Positions 57,904 to 64,000 of a DNA stretch of 64,000 nucleotides are shown here, piece by piece. The notes under the pieces are model-generated. The model searched no databases and was not told the DNA's origin. It was given only the letters and a program-made list of their open reading frames with translations. Made by a program: the position numbers and the translations under genes. Position 1 is the first letter of the stretch; the number at the start of each line of letters is the position of its first letter. Source of the DNA: Geopsychrobacteraceae bacterium (GTDB lineage Bacteria > Desulfobacterota > Desulfuromonadia > Desulfuromonadales > Geopsychrobacteraceae); the NCBI GenBank assembly GCA_963662315.1, contig OY759353.1, forward strand, positions 2,208,001 through 2,272,000. The letters are read 5' to 3'.

Positions 57904-59814
57904 TCAGGAACCGTTTTCTTTATGAAGATGCGTCACACTGAAATTTGTTCCATTTTTCTTCTTCATCACAACATGGAATATGAAATAGACAACACTCACC
58001 GTCATGCCAATGTCCCAAGCCATACTACCGGTAGCGCTGACAATCGCTGCTCCACTGCTCAGAAGAAGTATAATACGCTCAAACATATTCAGAGGTCGCA
58101 AAATATAACCATTAACAGCAATAGCCCAAAAGATGGTCGATACCACCAGACCTACACCGGCAATAGCAATTTCAGACGGGGTACCAACAAAAAGCAGGGC
58201 CTGGTCTGAAATAAAAGCAAAGGGAATAAGAAAAGCAGCCGAACACATCCAGAAAGAGACAACACTGGTCTTCATCGCATCAGTCTGAGCCACCCCGGCG
58301 GCGGCAAATGAAGCCAATGAAACCGGCGGTGTGACCATGGACAGGACACAGTAATACATGACAAAAAAGTGGGCCTGAAGGTCACCGATTCCCAATTTCT
58401 GAAGAGCCGGAACATACAAAATGGCCCCGATAATATAAGCTGCTACCGTCGGGAGCCCCATGCCCATGACAATACAGCCAAGAATGACAAAAATGAGGGA
58501 GATAACGTAAGACGATCCACTGGCAGAAATCAGGCTGGATGAAAACTTAAGGGCCAGGTTGGATTGAATCGCAACGGCAATGACAATGCCAATTGCCGAA
58601 ATCGGTACCGCGATAACCGCAACCTGCTTCCCCGTATCCATGATCATTTGGGGTAAGTCATAAAGTGAAAAACGCGTTTCTTTGCGCAGATAAGGGACAA
58701 TAAAGCAGGAAATCGTTGCATAGACCACCGAGATCTGTGCCGAATACCCAAGGACCAGGAAAAAAACCAGGACAACAGGCGGTGCCAGCATGTGAATTCT
58801 TGGCAACATTGGTGGCACACCTTCAAGATCCTGATCCGTCAAAGTTCCGACCCCATGCCTGCGTGCGCCGAGATCAGCAGAAACGAACAACGCAAGATAA
58901 TAGGCTAAAGCCGGAAAGATACCTGCCAAAGCAATTTGGGAATAAGGGATGACCAACAGTTCCGCCATGACAAACGCCGCAATGCCCATAATCGGGGGCA
59001 TGAGCTGTCCACCGGTAGAGGCAATCGCTTCGGTTGCCGCAGCACGCTCCCCCGTCATTCCGGTTTTTTTCATTAAGGGAATCGTAAACACCCCCGTAGC
59101 TGTAACGTTGGCAACAGCGCTACCCGAAATGGTTCCCATCAAACTTGATCCAACAATAGCTACTTTTGCGCCGCCACCACATGTCTTCCCGACCATGCGC
59201 ATGGCAAGATCAATGAATAACTGACCTCCTCCGACACAACTGTAAACAGCCCCGAAGACAATAAAATAGAAGATAAAATTAACAGATGTCGCAGTGGTGA
59301 CTCCCAAAATACCGCTGGTTGTCATTGTTAGAATTTCAGAATAATCGGGAAGAGCTAAACCACTGAAGCCAAATTCGCCCGGAAGAACATATCCAAAACC
59401 ACCATAAAGAAGGAAAAGAACAATAACAACAACCAGGATAGTCCCTACAGTCCGACGAACGCCTTCGATCAACAGCACAACGAGAAGACAGGCGATTGCG
59501 ATATCAAACCAGAAGATCTCAGAGATACTTTCGATTCGAGTTTCCAGACGGGTCATCTCCAGCCAGTAATAAATACCAACGACAAGAGTTCCGGCAATAC
59601 AGAGACCGTCTATAATCCACCCGAAATATCGAGGCAATCGCCCAGCCTTGAACGGGACAGCCAGGAAGGTCAGCAACAGGGCTAAAATCAGGTGAACAGG
59701 TCGTTCAAAATGTGGTGCCTGAGGACTGTAAAGAATCCAATATTGAAACGCGATCAATCCCAATGAGATCCAGGTAATGGGATGAACAACAACTTTCTTA
59801 AATGATGCCTCCAT
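57904..59814 (-). CDS. TAXI-TRAP fused 4TM/12TM permease
   Basis: GGAKVAI..S..MGTISGSAVAN, ASTGGQLMPPIMG, GMGLPT, VTPPV. Confidence 0.9.
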   Translation of the reverse strand: MEASFKKVVVHPITWISLGLIAFQYWILYSPQAPHFERPVHLILALLLTFLAVPFKAGRLPRYFGWIIDGLCIAGTLVVGIYYWLEMTRLETRIESISEIFWFDIAIACLLVVLLIEGVRRTVGTILVVVIVLFLLYGGFGYVLPGEFGFSGLALPDYSEILTMTTSGILGVTTATSVNFIFYFIVFGAVYSCVGGGQLFIDLAMRMVGKTCGGGAKVAIVGSSLMGTISGSAVANVTATGVFTIPLMKKTGMTGERAAATEAIASTGGQLMPPIMGIAAFVMAELLVIPYSQIALAGIFPALAYYLALFVSADLGARRHGVGTLTDQDLEGVPPMLPRIHMLAPPVVLVFFLVLGYSAQISVVYATISCFIVPYLRKETRFSLYDLPQMIMDTGKQVAVIAVPISAIGIVIAVAIQSNLALKFSSSLISASGSSYVISLIFVILGCIVMGMGLPTVAAYIIGAILYVPALQKLGIGDLQAHFFVMYYCVLSMVTPPVSLASFAAAGVAQTDAMKTSVVSFWMCSAAFLIPFAFISDQALLFVGTPSEIAIAGVGLVVSTIFWAIAVNGYILRPLNMFERIILLLSSGAAIVSATGSMAWDIGMTVSVVYFIFHVVMKKKNGTNFSVTHLHKENGS

Positions 59815-59890
59815 ACAAATATCTCCCGGTCCTTCTGTTCAGAAAAGAACCCAGGGTTAATTTATCAGACTAACCCTGGGATAATTATTT

Positions 59891-60883
59891 TTATAACCAT
59901 CCTCTTTCTTTGTAGTACCGAATTGCTCCGGGATGTAACGCAATGCCATTATTTTCGGGAAGAGCCGCTTTTTCAGGGACAAAGGCCTTCCAGGCAGGAA
60001 AGTCAACCGCCATTTTGTCCATATTCTCAACAATAGCTTTAGTCAACTTGTAAGCTACGTCTTCGGGCATACTCTTATTGGTAATAATTTGAGTCCCGAA
60101 ATCACCCCCAACGGTTGGACCCTCCTGGGCCTCAAACCATTTTGGAATATTCGCTTTCCTAATGCCGTATTCGGACAAAGCAGTAGTGGCTTTTTCTGAC
60201 AGATCGAGGAAGGTAACACCACCAGTCAAGGAAATCTCCTGGATCGTCGGGTGACCGCGCAAGACACTGTCAAAATAAAGATCAACGCGACCATCTCGCA
60301 TTAATGACGACATTTGGGCCGGTGCAACCTGATAGATCTTGCCACCGTTTTCTTCAATCTTTTTACGGGTAAGACCGTGAGCTTCGAGCACGATATCGAC
60401 AGCCGGGGGAATAAATGATCCCGGCGGCTTCATCATGATATTGATGGGTTTTCCTGATTCAAGAATATCTTTCAGAGTCGAAAAACCATTTTTCTTAAGA
60501 TAATCTTTGCGCACGATTGCGCCAATAAAGACAGGATTGAGTCCTCCGACCAGAGAACGAATATCCTCAGCCTTCTTCCCTTGGTAAAGGAGCTGACCTT
60601 TGGATGCCCAAAGAGATGTTGCCACGTTCGATATGGCAAGCTGGGCTTTCCCCTGCTGAACCACCAGGGGGTTGGAAACCCCTCCCCCGCGTGCAACAAC
60701 CTCAAAATCCATTCCGGGCAGAAGAGTTTCAAGATTTTTTTCTAACGTTGCTGCGGCAACGTACCATCCGGAACCAACCGGCATAGCACCAATCCGGTAA
60801 GGTTCAGCATAAACAGGGGTGGAAATTACACTGACAATGAGAATAACGGTAAACCAAAATATCTTTATTCTTGAGTTTTGCAT
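59891..60883 (-). CDS. TAXI-TRAP substrate-binding protein
   Basis: Signal peptide; GAMPVGSGWY, GGVSN, C-terminal LHPGAIRYYKERG. Confidence 0.9.
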   Translation of the reverse strand: MQNSRIKIFWFTVILIVSVISTPVYAEPYRIGAMPVGSGWYVAAATLEKNLETLLPGMDFEVVARGGGVSNPLVVQQGKAQLAISNVATSLWASKGQLLYQGKKAEDIRSLVGGLNPVFIGAIVRKDYLKKNGFSTLKDILESGKPINIMMKPPGSFIPPAVDIVLEAHGLTRKKIEENGGKIYQVAPAQMSSLMRDGRVDLYFDSVLRGHPTIQEISLTGGVTFLDLSEKATTALSEYGIRKANIPKWFEAQEGPTVGGDFGTQIITNKSMPEDVAYKLTKAIVENMDKMAVDFPAWKAFVPEKAALPENNGIALHPGAIRYYKERGWL

Positions 60884-60907
60884 CTTTGAAACCTCTCCTT
60901 TCTCTCT

Positions 60908-60935
60908 GGCGACAGATCGTTACCGATCTGTCGCC
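60908..60935. other. 12-bp intercistronic hairpin
   Basis: GGCGACAGATCG-ttac-CGATCTGTCGCC; a similar hairpin CCCAGGGTTA/TAACCCTGGG lies at 59850-59880. Confidence 0.6.
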
Positions 60936-61019
60936 CATGAATTAAGCTGTTTCTACAAAGCCTCTTTTTATTCTATCAGCTCAAACACTTAATGCTATGC
61001 CGATAGTTCCGTCAATGTC

Positions 61020-61943
61020 TTACTTAACCAGCCCCGCAGAGCGCAGTGCATCCGCGATTTCCTTATCTGCTCCTTCACAAAGAGGCAACAAAGGCGGACG
61101 AACGGTGGCATGCTCGAGAATGCCACGAGCAACCAAGCCCCATTTCAAGGCAACAGTGCCTTCCATATGAGAGCCACGGTGGTAGACCGACCTTGTGACA
61201 GGCAGCAGTTGGTCATGAATTTCGCGAGCTTTTTTATAGTCCTTGGCTTTACCAGCCTTAATCAGTTCGATCAGCGGTTCTGGAGTCAGACCACCATAGC
61301 CGACCAGAGCACCATCGACATCAAACATGGTGTGAAGCAGATACTCATCATGGCAGGTCAGGATCTGCAGGTCAGGGCGCTCGCGGCGGATGATCGGAAT
61401 CTCAACATCCCAGCGACGCATGTTACGCACACCATTTTTCATGGCGAAAACACCAGGCTGAGCTGAGATTTCAAGCAGAGTATCAAGGTTATAGGTCGCC
61501 TTGGTCACATCCGGATATTGGAACAGGATCAGCGGCAAACCACTTTCTTCGTAGACAGCGCGGTAGCGATCCTGCGGTGCACCCGGCTGATAACCGAAAC
61601 GCAACCAGCCGTGGGAAGGATAGAGAAGACCTGCAGAAGCGCCAGCAGCAACAGCACGCTTGGCTTCAGCAGCAGCAACAGCAGTTCCTTCGAGAGTAAT
61701 ACCAGCGATAATCGGAATCCGGCCATCAACGGACTCTTTGAAGCTCTTAATAACATCGGCCTGCTCATCAGGAGTCATGAATGTTCCTTCCCCTGCATGA
61801 CCGAGAACAACCAATCCCTTCACGTCTTCAAAACTTCCCAACCATGAGCCCAGGCGCTTAATTGCATCATGATCAACAGCACCATCACGGGTGAACGGGG
61901 TAACCGGTGCGGGGACGAGTCCTCTTAAATCAATGTTACTCAT
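61020..61943 (-). CDS. DHDPS/NAL-family class I aldolase or dehydratase (not true DapA)
   Basis: PVTPF, GHAGE in place of GTTGE, LFQYP, Schiff-base Lys in AMKNG, VRPPL. Confidence 0.85.
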   Translation of the reverse strand: MSNIDLRGLVPAPVTPFTRDGAVDHDAIKRLGSWLGSFEDVKGLVVLGHAGEGTFMTPDEQADVIKSFKESVDGRIPIIAGITLEGTAVAAAEAKRAVAAGASAGLLYPSHGWLRFGYQPGAPQDRYRAVYEESGLPLILFQYPDVTKATYNLDTLLEISAQPGVFAMKNGVRNMRRWDVEIPIIRRERPDLQILTCHDEYLLHTMFDVDGALVGYGGLTPEPLIELIKAGKAKDYKKAREIHDQLLPVTRSVYHRGSHMEGTVALKWGLVARGILEHATVRPPLLPLCEGADKEIADALRSAGLVK

Positions 61944-61973
61944 CTTACTCTCCTTCCATTCCTTTGAATGCGT

Positions 61974-62822
61974 TTAGGTTTTCGTGAGAACAGACGAAAT
62001 GCTTCCGCTTGCTCTCAATGCTTTGGATATCTCTGCAGCAGCAGCTCGCGCCGGATTAAGTGCCATAGCCAGCATATCATCCTGGCTGATGCGAACCGAC
62101 GGAGCCACAACACTGATAGAGGCGAGTGGGTAGCCATCCCTGTCAAGCACGGGAACAGCAAGAACATGTAAACTACTATTAAAATAGGAGGCCCTGAGGG
62201 CGTATCCATCCTGCTTGATTTCCTGAAGAGAATTTACGACCTCTGGTTCCGGTACCTCGACAATACCGACATCGCTTTGAGATTTAAGCTTATGCAGAAC
62301 AACGTCCTGCTCATGATCGGGTAAAAATGCCAACAAGGCCTGCCCGATGGTGCTGCTATAGGCCGAAACCCTGGTTCCCACACGGATATCAACACCAAGC
62401 CTGGCGAGCCCGCCACGGACCCTTTCAAGATAAAGAATGTCAGCTCCTTCAAGGATACCAAAACTTGCAGCTTCTCCAACCTCAGCAACCAACTCACGCA
62501 GAATCGGCAGCACCAGATCACGTGCATCACTGCGACCAATGGCATGAAAACCGAGATCGAGAACTTTAAAGGTCAGTCTGAACAGCTTGGCATCATCATC
62601 TTTTTTCAGATAACCAAGATCGACCAGAGTATTAAGATTACGAAACACCGTTCCTGAGTCCAAACCTGTCACTTTGCAGACATCGCTGATGGTCATCTGC
62701 TCATAACCTGAGGAAAACGCTTCGAGAACGCGGAACCCTTTAGCCAGGGAGCCAACGGTGCTCTTCTTATCGAGTTTTCTTTCAGCCACTGCATTTCCTT
62801 TACTTTCTATCTTTGTTGCCAT
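61974..62822 (-). CDS. IclR-family regulator, PcaR/PobR-like
   Basis: SLAKGFRVLEAF, TVFR.L.TL..LGYL, SSTIGQALLAF, LAVPV; start moved to MATK. Confidence 0.88.
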   Translation of the reverse strand: MATKIESKGNAVAERKLDKKSTVGSLAKGFRVLEAFSSGYEQMTISDVCKVTGLDSGTVFRNLNTLVDLGYLKKDDDAKLFRLTFKVLDLGFHAIGRSDARDLVLPILRELVAEVGEAASFGILEGADILYLERVRGGLARLGVDIRVGTRVSAYSSTIGQALLAFLPDHEQDVVLHKLKSQSDVGIVEVPEPEVVNSLQEIKQDGYALRASYFNSSLHVLAVPVLDRDGYPLASISVVAPSVRISQDDMLAMALNPARAAAAEISKALRASGSISSVLTKT

Positions 62823-62836
62823 CTCGCTTCTTCTCT

Positions 62837-62853
62837 TTTTCGGATTGCGAAAA
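62837..62853. promoter_or_regulatory. Candidate IclR operator
   Basis: Palindrome TTTTCG-GATTG-CGAAAA 15 nt upstream of the iclR start and downstream of minus-strand TTGACC-N17-TTATTT. Confidence 0.6.
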
Positions 62854-63109
62854 TCTTTTCGAAATAAAAATAACGTTAATTGATGATTCAGGTCAAGCAT
62901 TATTATTTCGATCATTTATCCCGACTCATAACTCCACCTCCTTTCATATTTTTTATTTCATTCAACACGCTGTTATACTTAGACTCTTCCCTCCTCAAAT
63001 CATCACACCAAGAATAAAACTTTTTTTCTCGACGGCTAAAAAGTGGGGCGGCGCCGGTTTTCTTGGACACTGAATTGGGGTAAAGTCCCCGTGTCCAAGG
63101 AGAGTGATA

Positions 63110-63451
63110 ATGACCAAACAGAACCAGAACGAAACTGTTACAGGGCCGCTGGCCAAAGGGCAGCGTTGGAGTGCTGCCCGCAAGCGTGAAGTGGTTCTGC
63201 GTCTGCTGCGGGGCGAATCCGTTGATGCGCTGTCCCGCGAGCTGAGCATTGAAATCTACCGCCTGGAGCAGTGGCGGGAGAGCGCGTTGTTCGGAATCGA
63301 TGAGTCGCTGAAAAAGCGTCAGAACGATCCCGTCCAGGCTGAACTCAACCAGGCCATGCGCCGGATTGGCGAGTTGACCATGGAGAACGAGTTGCTTTGG
63401 GAACGGGTTAAAAAACCCGGCCCTTTAGCCAAACGGAGGTCGTCGAAATGA
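63110..63451 (+). CDS. IS3-family transposase OrfA
   Basis: RWSAARKREVVLRLLRGE HTH; leucine zipper IGELTMENELL. Confidence 0.85.
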   Translation: MTKQNQNETVTGPLAKGQRWSAARKREVVLRLLRGESVDALSRELSIEIYRLEQWRESALFGIDESLKKRQNDPVQAELNQAMRRIGELTMENELLWERVKKPGPLAKRRSSK

Positions 63452-64000
63452 GCCAAACGATCTCCCCGGGCACTGACAAGCCTTATGGTGTCCAGCGCGT
63501 TTGTACGATCTGGGAGCAGGCTCGCTCATCGTTCTACCATGCCTCGCTCTCGGTGTTGCCAACGACTCCCAAGCGTCGAGGGCCGAAGCCATTGATCAGT
63601 GACGAGCCCCTGTTAGCTTTGATCCGCGACGACCTGGCTGCCTCACCGTTTACGGGAGAAGGACACCGCAAGGTCTGGGGGCGGCTGCGGTTCCGTGATG
63701 GGCACCGGGTATCGCGCAAACGGGTTCTTCGGCTCATGCGTGAGAATCATCTGCTTTCACCGCACCGGGGTCGTCCCAAAGCCGCCAAGGCCCATGACGG
63801 CAAGATCATCACCCTGGCCCCCAACCTGATGTGGGGCACCGATGGCACCCGTGTCTTCACTCTTGACGAGGGCTGGGTCTGGATCTTTACCGCCGTGGAG
63901 CATTGGAACGCCGAGTGTGTCGGTTGGCACGTGTGCAAGACCGGCGACCGTTATGCCGCCCTTCAACCGCGGTCCATGGCCCTGGACCGCCTTTACGGCA
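63448..64000 (+). CDS. IS3-family transposase OrfB (partial; absent from the ORF track because no stop lies in the window)
   Basis: MSQTISPG...VQRVC..W..ARSSFY...GEGHRKVW...RKRVLRLMRE...PNLMWGTD...IFTAVEH. Confidence 0.85.
   Translation, partial: MSQTISPGTDKPYGVQRVCTIWEQARSSFYHASLSVLPTTPKRRGPKPLISDEPLLALIRDDLAASPFTGEGHRKVWGRLRFRDGHRVSRKRVLRLMRENHLLSPHRGRPKAAKAHDGKIITLAPNLMWGTDGTRVFTLDEGWVWIFTAVEHWNAECVGWHVCKTGDRYAALQPRSMALDRLYG

Larger units (their letters stand above)
63044..64000 (+). mobile_element. IS3-family insertion sequence, truncated by the window edge
   Basis: Left end TGGGGCGGCGCCGGTTTTCTTGGACAC; orfA and orfB in 0 and -1 frames. Confidence 0.85.

Noticed and set aside
61020..61943. 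Calling this gene dapA
   Set aside because: GHAGE replaces GTTGE and the context is catabolic.
63408..63416. A6C run as the IS frameshift site
   Set aside because: It reads GTT AAA AAA CCC in the orfA frame, not A AAA AAC; C CCT TTA fits the heptamer rule better.
696..63966. Numerous 60-420 aa ORFs antisense or out of frame to the called genes (e.g. 9074-9898, 11822-12661, 16068-16838, 38236-39495)
   Set aside because: They shadow well-supported genes and show no recognisable motifs.

Overview
Bacterial chromosomal window, probably from a Desulfuromonadia-type deltaproteobacterium. That assignment is inferred from ResB/ResC cytochrome c maturation genes, FapA, a multiheme cytochrome and three sigma-54 activators. 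From left to right it holds: (1) a transglutaminase / DUF2126 / circularly permuted ATP-grasp / Alpha-E operon followed by mgtE; (2) a Tat flavoprotein - tetraheme cytochrome - porin - tatA operon facing a XylR-type sigma-54 activator; (3) TRAP-gabT-gabD beside an amino-acid-motif dCache kinase and a sigma-54 regulator; (4) DUF2288 - UDG-like - KAP NTPase; (5) fapA, hemY, a TPR protein and a J-domain protein; (6) a Cys-rich exported ORF directly upstream of resB-resC; (7) an AT-richer sugar-acid island (GntR, LgoD-like, TRAP, LarA-like) beside uxaB-uxaA; (8) yeiH/yeiE; (9) a sigma-54 phosphorelay cluster; (10) IclR - DHDPS-like - TAXI-TRAP - VOC; (11) an IS3-family element cut by the right edge. 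The best candidate for an undescribed system is the Cys-rich ORF at 33661-34095. An 11-nt anti-Shine-Dalgarno starts 4 nt after its stop codon and can pair with the resB ribosome-binding site. This matches the layout of a cis-acting nascent-chain monitor (SecM/MifM/CruR/CutF-like), here in front of cytochrome c maturation genes. No rRNA, tRNA or CRISPR array was recognised. All calls come from reading the sequence and motifs by eye; no database search was run.
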